Of a stretch of 64,000 bases of DNA, positions 18,613 through 27,767 are shown in pieces. Position 1 is the stretch's first letter, and each line of letters starts with the position of its first letter. Position numbers and translations under genes: made by a program. The notes under the pieces are model-generated. The model worked only from the letters and a program-made list of their open reading frames with translations. It was not told where the DNA came from and did not search any database. The stretch lies in NCBI GenBank assembly GCA_963793115.1, contig CAWBYV010000020.1, positions 70,124 through 134,123 on the forward strand, read 5' to 3'. Source of the DNA: an uncultured delta proteobacterium (GTDB lineage Bacteria > Desulfobacterota > Binatia > Binatales > Binataceae).

Positions 18613-19476
18613 ATGGCGCAACTCTTTCGGCGGATGACGGTGTGTGGCGTCGGCCTGATCGGCGGCTCGCTGGCGATGGTCGCCCGGCGCGAGGGACTGG
18701 CCGGCGAGATCGTCGGGCTCGGGCGCACGCAGAAAAATCTCGACCTCGCGCTCGAGCGGAAGATCGTCGATCGCGCCACGCAGGATCCCGCCGTGGCGGC
18801 GCGCGATGCGGACCTGGTGGTGCTCGCCGTGCCGGTGCACACTATCCCCGAGGCGTTCGCTGCGATGGCGCCCTATCTGGCGCGCAACGCCGTGGTGACC
18901 GACGTCGGGAGCGTGAAGGCTTGGGTGGTGCGCGAGCTGGAACCGAGGCTGGGCCCCGCGATGGCGCTGGTGGCGGCGCATCCGGTGGCCGGCAGGGAAA
19001 CTACCGGAGCGGTCGCAGCCGATCCCGAGCTGTTCAGGGACCGCCGCCTGATCATCACGCCCTCGGCGCGCAGCACACCTGAGGCGATCGGCAAGGTCGA
19101 GACGCTCTGGCGCGCCACCGGCGCCCGCGTTGAGCGGATGGAGCCCGGCGTGCACGACCAGCTTCTCGCGCGCGCGAGCCATCTGCCGCAGATCGTCGCG
19201 AGCGCGCTGGGCGCCGCTCTGGCCGACGAACGGGTCGGGGGAATGCTCGCCGCCGAGTTCGGCGCCAGCGGACTTCGCGACACCACGCGGATCGCGGCCT
19301 CGTCGCCCGAGATCTGGCGCGACATCTGCCTAACCAATCGCGATGCGATCGTGTCCGCATTGCAACTTTATCGGGCGACCTTCGATGAGTTCCTCACGAT
19401 GGTCGAGCGTGGCGACGGTGCGGCCCTGGAAGCGCTCTTCGAGCGCGGCCGCAAGATTCGCGAGCGGCTCAAATGA
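18613..19476 (+). CDS. tyrA: prephenate (arogenate) dehydrogenase
   Basis: 287-aa intact ORF with Rossmann motif VCGVGLIGGSLA, then DVGSVK, AAHPVAGRE and HDQLLARASHLPQ blocks. Confidence 0.85.
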   Translation: MAQLFRRMTVCGVGLIGGSLAMVARREGLAGEIVGLGRTQKNLDLALERKIVDRATQDPAVAARDADLVVLAVPVHTIPEAFAAMAPYLARNAVVTDVGSVKAWVVRELEPRLGPAMALVAAHPVAGRETTGAVAADPELFRDRRLIITPSARSTPEAIGKVETLWRATGARVERMEPGVHDQLLARASHLPQIVASALGAALADERVGGMLAAEFGASGLRDTTRIAASSPEIWRDICLTNRDAIVSALQLYRATFDEFLTMVERGDGAALEALFERGRKIRERLK

Positions 19477-19504
19477 TGCGCGAGTGGATTCGAGGCCTGA
19501 TTCG

Positions 19505-20197
19505 ATGACCGGCAGGGTGAATCGAGCGCGGCCGATAATCGCGATCGACGGCCCGGTCGGGGCCGGCAAATCGACGGTTGCGATGGGGCTCGCGCGCGCG
19601 CTCAAGTTCGCCTACGTCAATACCGGTGCGATGTACCGTGCGGTCGCGCTGGTGGCGCGCGAGGCGGGAATAAGTCCCGATGATCCCGGCCTGTCCGGGA
19701 GGTTGGCGCCGCTGCTCGAATCGATCAGTATCGCGTTCGCCGGCGAGCGGCTCATCCTCGACGGGCGCGACGTCACCGCCGCGCTCGCGGAACCCGCAGT
19801 CGGCGATCTCGCTTCGCGCTTCTCCACGCTGCCGATCGTGCGCGCGCGGATGCGCGAGTTGCAGCGCGCGGCCGGTGCGGCCGGCGGTGTCGTGATGGAG
19901 GGCCGCGACATCGGCACCGCGGTCTTTCCCGACGCGGAGTTCAAGTTCTTTCTCGACGCCGACGTGAGAGTCCGCGCCGGGCGTCGCTTCGAGGAGCTCG
20001 CCGCCAGAGGCGTGAAGACCACCCTGGCGGAGGTGCTGGAGCAATTGACTGAGCGCGACCGCCGCGATCGCAGCCGCGAGATCGCACCGCTCAAGTGCGC
20101 CGCCGACGCGATCGTGATCGATTCAACCGCTCTGGACGCGCGGCGAGTCATCGAAGAGATCAAAAAGCGCATCGACGCTACACCCAAGAGCCCTTGA
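19505..20197 (+). CDS. cmk: (d)CMP kinase
   Basis: Conserved start MTGRVNRARPIIAIDGPVGAGKSTVA (ATG 19505, inside the longer ORF 19343..20197), plus YVNTGAMYRAVAL, GRDIGTAVFPDAEFKFFLDA and ERDRRD. Confidence 0.9.
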   Translation: MTGRVNRARPIIAIDGPVGAGKSTVAMGLARALKFAYVNTGAMYRAVALVAREAGISPDDPGLSGRLAPLLESISIAFAGERLILDGRDVTAALAEPAVGDLASRFSTLPIVRARMRELQRAAGAAGGVVMEGRDIGTAVFPDAEFKFFLDADVRVRAGRRFEELAARGVKTTLAEVLEQLTERDRRDRSREIAPLKCAADAIVIDSTALDARRVIEEIKKRIDATPKSP

Positions 20198-20263
20198 AAC
20201 ACGACTAGCCCGGTTGTAAGGATTGCAAGTAGCCCCGTATTTCCCAAAAGGTTCCCTTTTTAA

Positions 20264-22047
20264 ATGGAGAAAGTTTTGCCTGACAATTTTGCCGGAGTAG
20301 ACGCCGGAACAGACGCCGGAACAGAAGCCGGAGGAGACCATGAATTCGAGTCGATGATGGAAGCAGAGCCTGCGCGCTCCCCGGCCGGGCGATGTCCTGG
20401 TGGGCAGAGTCCTGGTCGTGGGCCGCGACAACGTCATCGTCGATATCAATTACAAGTGCGAAGGGCAGGTGCCGCTCGCCGAGTTCCTTGACTCCGACGG
20501 CAACGTCGCGGTCAAGGAGGGCGACGAGATCGACGTCTCCTTCGAAGGCACCGAAACCGACAACGGGACGGTGATGCTCTCGCATGCCAAAGCCGAGAAG
20601 TTCAAGGTCTGGCGCGAGCTCGAAAAAGCCTTCCGTGAAGAATCGCCGGTCGAGGGCGTAATCCTCGGCAAGGTCAAAGGCGGCCTCAAGGTCGATATCG
20701 GAGTGCCGGCCTTCCTGCCCGGCTCGCATGTCGATATCCGGCCGGCGCGCAATCTCGATCGATACATCGGCCAGCGCGGACGCTTCCAGATTGCTCAAGT
20801 TCAACCGCTCGCGCGGTAACGTGGTGGTCTCGCGCCGCAGCGTGCTGGAGCGCGAGCGTACCTCGCTCAAGGAGCAGACCCTCAAGGTGCTCGAGGAGGG
20901 GGTGATCCTCGAAGGCACCGTCAAGAACATCACCGACTACGGCGCCTTTATCGATCTCGGCGGCATCGACGGCCTGCTGCATATAACCGACATGTCGTGG
21001 GGCCGCCTGCAGCATCCGTCCGAAGCAGTAAAGGTCGGCGATCATGTCCGGGTAGTCGTGCTCAAATACGATCCCGCGCGTGAGCGGGTCTCGCTCGGTA
21101 TGAAGCAGATCATGACCGACCCGTGGACCAAGGCGGCGGAGACCTATCCGCCCGGCGCACGGGTAAGCGGCAAGGTGGTGAGCGTCACCGATTACGGCGC
21201 GTTCGTCGAGCTGGAGAAGGGAATCGAGGGGCTGGTGCACGTCTCCGAGATGAGCTGGAGCAAGCGCGCCGTCCATCCCTCCAAGGTCGTCAACGTCGGC
21301 GACACGGTCGAGGTGCAGATTCTCGGCGTCGATGAGGCCAATCGGCGGATCTCGCTGGGGCTCAAGCAGACCGAGCCGAATCCCTGGCAGGAGCTCGTGC
21401 AACGCCATCCCCCCGGCAGCACGGTCAAGGGCAAGGTCAAGTCGATCACCGACTTCGGCGTGTTCGTCGAGATCGAACCGGGAATCGACGGTCTGGTGCA
21501 CATCTCGGATCTCTCGTGGACCAAGAAGGTGCGCCATCCCTCGGAGGTCTTCAAAAAGGGCGACGAGGTCGAAGCGGTGGTGATCGGAATCGATGTCGAG
21601 CAGGAGCGCGTGAGCCTCGGGATCAAGCAGCTCACCGCCGATCCGTGGACCACCGTCGCGGAGCGCTATCCGATCAATTCAAAGGTGACTGGCAAGGTCA
21701 GCTCGGTTGCGGACTTCGGCGTGTTCGTTGAGCTGGAGGAAGGAATCGAGGGACTGATTCACATCTCGCAGCTCAGCTCGGAGCGGGTGGACAAACCCTC
21801 CGCGCTGTACAAGCCGGACGACCCGGTGGAGGCGCTGGTCGTGCAGCTCGACGCCAAGGAACGGCGGATCGGGCTCTCGGTGCGGTCGCTCAAACAGCGC
21901 GAGGAGCGCGAAGAGATGCAGGCCTACCTGAAGCCCGATCAGGCCGCGGCGCGCTTCTCGCTGGAAGACATCCTGAACGAAGAGCTCAAGCTCGATCGCG
22001 AGGACAACGGCAAGACCTCGCGTGGCGGCCGGGGACGCGACAATTAA
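20264..22047 (+). CDS. rpsA: 30S ribosomal protein S1 (frameshifts near 20366 and 20792)
   Basis: Six S1 domains are recognisable (GDVLVGRVLVV..., GVILGKVKGGLKVDI, GTVKNITDYGAFIDLGGIDGLLHITDMSW, GKVVSVTDYGAFVELEKGIEGLVHVSEMSW, GKVKSITDFGVFVEIEPGIDGLVHISDLSW, GKVSSVADFGVFVELEEGIEGLIHISQLS). They are spread over ORFs 20264.., 20400..20819 and 20728..22047. Confidence 0.9.
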
Positions 22048-22091
22048 CGCGCGTGTCGGCCCCCACCTGCCAGGGGGCGGAGGGCTGCGCG

Positions 22092-22394
22092 ATGACCAAG
22101 CGCGGAATAATCGAGGAGTTGCTGTCGCATCGCCAGAACGTTTCGCATCGCGAAGCCGAGACCATAGTCAACGCGATCTTCGACGAGATGGCCAAGGTGC
22201 TGGCGCGGGGAAATCGAATCGAGATTCGCGGCTTCGGCAGCTTTGCGGTCAAGAATCGGCGCGCCCGCCAGGGACGCAATCCCAAGACCGGCGAAGTGGT
22301 AGTGGTCGAGGCCAAGCGCATCCCGTTCTTTCGCGCTGGCAAGGAACTTCGCATCGAGGTTAATGGCGGCGCGGCGCAGGGCGGGACGCCATAG
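22092..22394 (+). CDS. ihfB: integration host factor beta subunit / HU-family DNA-binding protein
   Basis: MTKRGIIEEL ... RIEIRGFGSFAVKNRRARQGRNPKTGEVVVVEAKRIPFFRAGKELR is the canonical IHF/HU fold signature. Its position right after rpsA matches the conserved cmk-rpsA-ihfB order. Confidence 0.8.
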   Translation: MTKRGIIEELLSHRQNVSHREAETIVNAIFDEMAKVLARGNRIEIRGFGSFAVKNRRARQGRNPKTGEVVVVEAKRIPFFRAGKELRIEVNGGAAQGGTP

Positions 22395-22926
22395 CAGCTC
22401 CGGAGCGCCGAGCCAGGACCGCCGGCTGTGGGCGCCTTGGCGCGCTGCCTATTTGCGCGCTGCGGCGGCCAACTCAGCCGGCGGCTGTATCTTCTGTTTC
22501 GGCAAGCTCTCGGCGCGTGAGCGCCGGCGCCGGTTGGTGCTCTACACCGATCCGCTCGCGCTGGTGATGCTCAACTTCTATCCGTACAACAACGGCCACC
22601 TTCTGATCGCACCGCGGCGTCATCTGGCCTCGCCCGAGCAGCTCGATCCGCGCGAGCGCGCGCTCCTGGGCGACCTGATCGCCCAGGCCGTGGCCGGGAT
22701 GCGCCCGCTGCTGAATCCCGCCGGATTCAATCTCGGCGCCAACCTGGGACGCGCAGCAGGCGCAGGCTTTCCCGGCCACATGCATTGGCACGTGGTCCCG
22801 CGATGGGAGGGCGACACGAACTTCATGCCGGTGCTAAGCTCGACCCGCGTGCTGTCGCAGCATCTCGAAGCCAGCTTTGACCTGCTGAGCCCGATTTACA
22901 AAACGATGGCGCTTTCCGTATCCTAG
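22363..22926 (+). CDS. HIT family hydrolase / nucleotidyl-phosphorylase-like protein
   Basis: 187-aa ORF with CIFC, YPYNNGHLLIAPRRH and the histidine triad GHMHWHVVPRW. The start is uncertain because the ORF overlaps the ihfB end. Confidence 0.75.
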   Translation: MAARRRAGRHSSSGAPSQDRRLWAPWRAAYLRAAAANSAGGCIFCFGKLSARERRRRLVLYTDPLALVMLNFYPYNNGHLLIAPRRHLASPEQLDPRERALLGDLIAQAVAGMRPLLNPAGFNLGANLGRAAGAGFPGHMHWHVVPRWEGDTNFMPVLSSTRVLSQHLEASFDLLSPIYKTMALSVS

Positions 22927-22945
22927 AGACGAACTGGAGAGGCTT

Positions 22946-24367
22946 TTGGGATTTGCGATGGAACAAAGCCTGAACAAGGTTGGCAACCTCGGGGAACTGA
23001 AGCGCTCGGGTTACCAGGTGAAGGAGGCGCGTCTCGAGATGCGCGCCAACCTGCTCGGGAGGCTGAAAAACAGGCAGCGCATCCTGCCTGGGATCGTCGG
23101 CTACGACGGTTCGGTGGTGCCGGAGATCGAAAACGGCGTACTCGCCGGCCATCATATGGTGTTCCTCGGCGAGCGCGGGCAGGCCAAGTCGCGGATCATC
23201 CGCGCGCTGGCCCTGCTGCTCGATGAATTCGTACCGGCGGTCAAGGGCTGCGAGATCAACGACAATCCGCTCGCGCCGATTTGCCAGCGATGCCGCCGCG
23301 AGTTGGCCGAGAAGGGCGACGGGCTCGAAATCGAATGGATCGGGCGCGAGCGGCGCTACGCCGAAAAGCTTGCGACCCCCGACGTCTCGGTCGCCGATCT
23401 GATCGGCGAGATCGATCCGATCAAAGTCGCGGAGGGGCGCTACCTGGCCGACGAGGAGACCATCCATTACGGCCTCATCCCGCGCACCAATCGCGGCATC
23501 TTCGCGATCAACGAGCTGCCCGACCTCACGGAGAAGGTCCAGGTCGGCCTGTTCAACCTGATGGAAGAGAAGGACGTGCAGATAAAAGGCTACCGCGTCC
23601 GCCTTCCGCTCGACATCGTATTCGTCGCGAGCGCCAATCCCGAGGATTACACCTCGCGCGGCCGTATCATCACGCCGCTCAAGGACCGCTTCGATATCCA
23701 GATTCGCACGCACTATCCCAAGACGCTGGAAGACGAAATCGCGATCATGGAGCAGGAGTGCTCCTATCCGCCGCGCGCCGATATGCAGCTTCGGGTCCCG
23801 CAGTTCATGAAGGAGATCGTCGCGCAGATAACCTTCGAAGCGCGCGCCTCCAACGAGATCAACCAGAACTCGGGCGTCTCGGTGCGCGTGACGATCAACA
23901 ACTTCGAGTCCGCGATCTCCAACGCGGAGAAGCGCGCGATCCGAAACGGCGAGAACGAGATCGTGCCGCGGCTCTCCGACCTCCATTCGCTGTATGCTTC
24001 GACCGCCGGCAAGATCGAGCTCGAATACGTCGGCGAGGACAAGAAGGGCGAGGACCTGATCGAGCGGCTGATCAACCGCGCAGTGCTCAAGGTCTTCGAC
24101 CGTTGTCTCAAAGTCGAGGACTTAAAGCGCGTGATCGGCTACTTCGAGCAGGGCTGGGGCGTCGAGGTCTCGGACAGCTCACCGGCCTCGGAATACGTGG
24201 AGCCGCTGCGTGAGATTCCCGACCTGCGCGAGACCATCGAGAAGCTCGGCGCGTTCGAGAGTCCCGGCCTGATGGCGGCGGCGAGCGAGCTGGTCTTCGA
24301 GGGCTTGCACCTTCATCAGAAGCTCAACAAGGACCACCAGGGAGGCCGCTTCGCGTATCACGCGTAG
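22946..24367 (+). CDS. ChlI/MoxR-like AAA+ ATPase (Mg-chelatase subunit I-like, often annotated sigma-54-interaction-domain protein)
   Basis: Intact 473-aa ORF with Walker A-like GERGQAKS, Walker B/sensor region GIFAINELPDL and VFVASANPEDYTSRGRIITPLKDRF. A Cys cluster C-x11-C-x2-C lies between them. An alternative ATG start is at 22958. Confidence 0.75.
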   Translation: MGFAMEQSLNKVGNLGELKRSGYQVKEARLEMRANLLGRLKNRQRILPGIVGYDGSVVPEIENGVLAGHHMVFLGERGQAKSRIIRALALLLDEFVPAVKGCEINDNPLAPICQRCRRELAEKGDGLEIEWIGRERRYAEKLATPDVSVADLIGEIDPIKVAEGRYLADEETIHYGLIPRTNRGIFAINELPDLTEKVQVGLFNLMEEKDVQIKGYRVRLPLDIVFVASANPEDYTSRGRIITPLKDRFDIQIRTHYPKTLEDEIAIMEQECSYPPRADMQLRVPQFMKEIVAQITFEARASNEINQNSGVSVRVTINNFESAISNAEKRAIRNGENEIVPRLSDLHSLYASTAGKIELEYVGEDKKGEDLIERLINRAVLKVFDRCLKVEDLKRVIGYFEQGWGVEVSDSSPASEYVEPLREIPDLRETIEKLGAFESPGLMAAASELVFEGLHLHQKLNKDHQGGRFAYHA

Positions 24368-24378
24368 CCGGGGCCGCG

Positions 24379-25972
24379 ATGGTAGTCAGCCGCTACAGCC
24401 AATGGGACGGTACCCAGAAGCTCAGGCTCGACGCCGACAAGGTGTTCGAGAAGCTGGCCGAGTATCTTTCCTACACCGACGACATCCGCCAGGCGATGGA
24501 ATGGATGATGCGCCAGGGGCTGGATTTCGACGGCGTGAAGGTGATGGGCCTGGAGGAGTTCCTCGAACAGGTTCGCCAGGAGATGCGCCAGCGCTACCGC
24601 GAATTCAACCTCAAGAGCTCGCTGTCCGAGATGGAGCAGCGGCTTGAGGACCTCCTGGGCCGCGAACGCCAGACCCTGGACGAGCTCAAGGGCAAGAAGC
24701 CGGGCGTCGAGGAAAAGCAGCGGCAGATCGCGCGGATGCCGCGCCGGCTGAGCGAATCGCTCCGCAAGCTCGAGAGCTACGACTTCGAAAACCCCGAGGC
24801 CAAGACCGATTTTGATTCGCGGCTGGAAGAGTACGAGAACATCCGCGATCTCGAAAATTTTCGCGATCGCCACGGCCATCTTTTCCACGGCCCCAAGAGC
24901 CTCAGCTTCGAGCAGGCGGTCGAGCTGATGCGCGAGATGGAGCGGCTCAAGCAGCTCGAGCAGGACCTGATGTCGGGCAACTTCCAGACCATCTCGATGG
25001 AGGACTTGAAAGAACTGCTCGGACAACAAGCGATGCAGGACTTTCAGAACCTGCGCCAGGTCGTGATGCTGCTCAACCAGTCCGGCTACCTCGCGCAGAA
25101 GGGCGACCACTTGCAGCTCTCGCCCAAGGGCGTGCGGCGAATCGGACAGCTCGCGCTGCGCGACATCTACCAGGGATTGCTCAAGGATCGGGCCGGCTGC
25201 GCACCTCACCGACCATCGCGGCATCACCGAGATCCGGCCCGAGGAGGTCAAGCCGTACCACTACGGCGATCCGCTCAATCTCGATCTGGTCGCGACGCTG
25301 AAGCATGCGCTGTCGCGCAAGCCGGGCGTGCCGCTCCAGCTTTCGCCGGACGATTTCGAGGTGTTCGAGAACGATTACGGCAACTCGTCGTCAACCGTGC
25401 TGTGCCTGGACATGTCGTGGTCGATGAGCTGGGAGGGGCGCTTCGCGGCGGCCAAGAAAGTCGCGATGGCGCTGGAGACGCTGATCCGCGCGAAGTTCCC
25501 GCGCGACTTCTTCTCGATCGTCGGCTTTTTCACCCGCGCGGTGGAATTGAAGCTGAAGGACCTGCCCGAAGCGTCGTGGAACATGGGCGACCCGTTCACG
25601 AACCTCCAGGATGGCCTGCGGCTCGCCACCGATCTGCTCTCGCGCCATCCCTCGCGCAACCAGCACATCATCGTGATCACCGACGGCCAGCCGACCGCCT
25701 ACTTCCTCAACAAGCGGCTGTATTGTGAATGGCCGCTCTCGTTCGGCGGCATCAGCATGCGCGCGGCGCAGGAAACACTCAAGGAAGTCGAGCGCGTGAC
25801 GCGCAAGGGAATCACGATCAACACCTTCATGCTCGACGATTCGCCGAGCCTGCGCGCGTTCGTAGACAAGATGACGCAGATCAACCGCGGCCGCGCGCTG
25901 TATACGCGCCCCGACCATCTCGGCGAATACATGCTGGTCGATTACCTGGCCCGCAAGCGCAAGCACGTGTGA
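24379..25972 (+). CDS. von Willebrand factor A (vWA) domain protein, partner of the upstream AAA+ ATPase (one frameshift near 25197)
   Basis: The N-terminal coiled-coil-rich region is in ORF 24379..25728. The C-terminal vWA domain carries a MIDAS-like motif (VLCLDMSWSMS ... IIVITDGQPTA) in the frame of ORF 25328..25972. The connecting peptide HLTDHRGITEIRPEEVKPYHYGDPLNLD reads through in the second frame. Confidence 0.75.
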
Positions 25973-25976
25973 CGGC

Positions 25977-26831
25977 ATGCGTCCGCCACTCTTAGTCCCA
26001 CTGCCCGACCAGGGAGATGGTCAGGGTGAGCCTCTGTCATCGCCGGACAGCGATCATCTCGGGTCGAGCGCGCCCGAGCCCGGCCGAATCTTCACCGGCG
26101 ATTGCATCGAGCTGATGCGGCGATGGCCCGCCGGATGCGCCGACGCCTGTATCACCGATCCGCCCTACAATATGAGCCGCCGCAAGGGCCTCGGATGGGC
26201 CTTCAGACTCGCACGTCACGATGCAGGAACAGTGGGACCAGTTCTCCGAGGACGGCTATTTCGAGTTCACCCGCCAGTGGCTCTCGCAGGTGTGCCGGCT
26301 CGTGAAGCCGAACGGCAACATCCTGGTTTTCGGCAGCTTCCACAATATTTACACGATCGGATTCGTTCTGCAGAAGTTGGAGCGGCGCATCCTGCAACAG
26401 ATCACCTGGTTCAAGCCCAACGCTCAGCCCAACATCACGGCGCGCCTGCCGACCGAGAGCACCGAGTACGTGCTGTGGGCCTGCAACAACACGCCCCGCA
26501 AAGCTGCTCACTGGACTTTCAACTACGCCGTCGCGAAGCAAATCAACGGCGGCAAGCAACTGCGCAACCTGTGGACGATCCCGCTCACGCCGAAGTCAGA
26601 GCGCAGGATGGGTGGTCATCCGAGCCAGAAACCAATCGCGATTGCCGAGCGAATCGTGGAGTCTGGACCAATCCGGGCGATCTCGCGCTCGACTGCTTCC
26701 TCGGCACGGGCACGACCGCGATCGCATGCGAGCGGCTCGGGCGCCGATGGGTGGGAATCGAGAAGGATCCGGAGTATGTCGAAATCGCGCGCAAGCGGCT
26801 GGCCACCCCCAGACAGGCTGAGCTGAAGTAG
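25977..26831 (+). CDS. beta-class DNA methyltransferase (N6-adenine or N4-cytosine), two frameshifts
   Basis: Motif IV ITDPPYN is near the N-terminus (frame of ORF 25977). The middle segment is in ORF 26221..26826 (VKPNGNILVFGSF ... GGHPSQKPIAIAERIV). Motif I DCFLGTGTTAIACERLGRRWVGIE lies back in the first frame. The order IV -> I defines the beta class. Frame changes are near 26205 and 26657. Confidence 0.8.
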   Translation: MRPPLLVPLPDQGDGQGEPLSSPDSDHLGSSAPEPGRIFTGDCIELMRRWPAGCADACITDPPYNMSRRKGLGWAFRLARHDAGTVGPVLRGRLFRVHPPVALAGVPAREAERQHPGFRQLPQYLHDRIRSAEVGAAHPATDHLVQAQRSAQHHGAPADREHRVRAVGLQQHAPQSCSLDFQLRRREANQRRQATAQPVDDPAHAEVRAQDGWSSEPETNRDCRANRGVWTNPGDLALDCFLGTGTTAIACERLGRRWVGIEKDPEYVEIARKRLATPRQAELK

Positions 26832-26851
26832 GACCGGCGTCCCGCCGGTCC

Positions 26852-27543
26852 TCACCACGGCAGATCGAGCGACTCGGTAAGGAAGCGCATGAATGGCGTG
26901 GACGCTTCGCACGCCTCGACGAATCGATCCATGAAGCGCGGCGAGCAGGCGTCCTTTTCGCTCAGGTCGGTGATCGTCACGAAGTCCTTGCGCTTCAAGT
27001 CCTCGATCAGCGGGTGATTCGGGTCGTAGCCTTTGGGCGGGCGCTGCAGTTTGTCGCCGGAGAAGGCCAGGCCGCCTTGAACTGGCGCGCACTGACTGCG
27101 CGCTTCCACTTTTCGGGATGCGCGACGATCGCGTCGCGAATCTTCGCCAATGCCGCGCTCTGCGGATGCCACAGACCGCTTCCCGCGAAGACCTCGCCGA
27201 CCGAGAGATGGAGATAATACCCGGGCGTCTCGATATCGCGCCGGTTGCCCGCGGCATGATGGAAATAGGCGCTGGCATGGGTCTTGTAGGGGCGCTTGTC
27301 GGAGGAGAATCGGATGTCGCGATAGATCCGGAACATCGAGCCGCCGACTGGCCTCGGATCGGCAAGGTAGTTGCGGTTCAGCTTGCGAAGCCGCGGTGCG
27401 AAATCCCCGATAAAGCGCTGCATCGGCTCGCGCACGTCGTTCTCGTAGCGGCTCTTGTTGGCCTGGAACCATTCGCGGTTGTTGTTGGCCGCCAGTTCGC
27501 GGAAGAAGCGAAAAAACTTCGGCGTGAAATAGGTACTCTCCAT
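26852..27543 (-). CDS. DUF2461 (TIGR02453) family protein, one frameshift near 27075
   Basis: FFRELAANNNREWFQANKSRYENDVREPM and GGSMFRIYRDIRFSSDKRPYKTH lie in ORF 27007..27543. The C-terminal GDKLQRPPKGYDPNHPLIEDLKRKDF lies in the frame of ORF 26852..27472. Confidence 0.7.
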
Positions 27544-27558
27544 CGCTCTTGCGCTTTA

Positions 27559-27714
27559 GCAGGCTGTTGAAAAAGAATTTTCACAGCCTGCTCCCTCTCT
27601 CTCCTCTCCCCCTGGAAAGGGGGAGAAGACTAAGGAAGGAAGCCAGTTTTCACGCAGGGTGTTGAAACGTGTCGCGTTCATTTTCCAAACCTGAGCATTC
27701 TCAACACCCTGCTA
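27559..27714. promoter_or_regulatory. intergenic region with four copies or half-copies of a GCAGG(C/G)TGTTGA box plus hairpins
   Basis: GCAGGCTGTTGAAA at 27559, its inverted half ACAGCCTGC at 27583-27591, GCAGGGTGTTGAAA at 27654, and the inverted copy TCAACACCCTGC at 27701-27712. The region is AT-richer than its surroundings. It lies upstream of the DUF2461 gene and downstream of the TPP-enzyme gene. Confidence 0.3.
27605..27626. repeat. REP-like hairpin (TCTCCCCCT-GGAA-AGGGGGAGA)
   Basis: 9-bp perfect stem with a GGAA loop, preceded by CTCCCTCTCTCTCC. It is related to the CCTCTCCC core of the other elements. Confidence 0.5.
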
Positions 27715-27767
27715 GCACTTTCGAGGCGGTCCGCGCGAGCCTCGCGCGAAGCGGCGCGCGGGTGGAA

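Noticed and set aside
20366-20792. Programmed ribosomal frameshifting as an explanation for the broken rpsA and other genes.
   Set aside because: I saw no slippery heptamer or conserved stimulatory structure at the breaks. The breaks are scattered over unrelated genes and in both +1 and -1 directions. rpsA, accA and mutL are not known to use recoding.
22823-23986. Long antisense ORFs opposite real genes, for example 22823..23986 (-), 15011..16288 (-), 5321..6241 (+), 34482..35969 (+), 45494..46648 (-), 46962..48080 (-), 61076..62158 (+), 17670..18842 (-) and 43472..44443 (-).
   Set aside because: They are Arg/Ala/Gly/Pro-rich low-complexity translations typical of shadow ORFs in high-GC DNA. 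Each lies fully opposite a gene with clear family motifs, and none shows a recognisable domain.
25977-26831. A complete restriction-modification system around the DNA methyltransferase.
   Set aside because: No endonuclease-, specificity- or helicase-like ORF is present on either side. The flanking genes are the vWA protein and a convergent DUF2461 gene.
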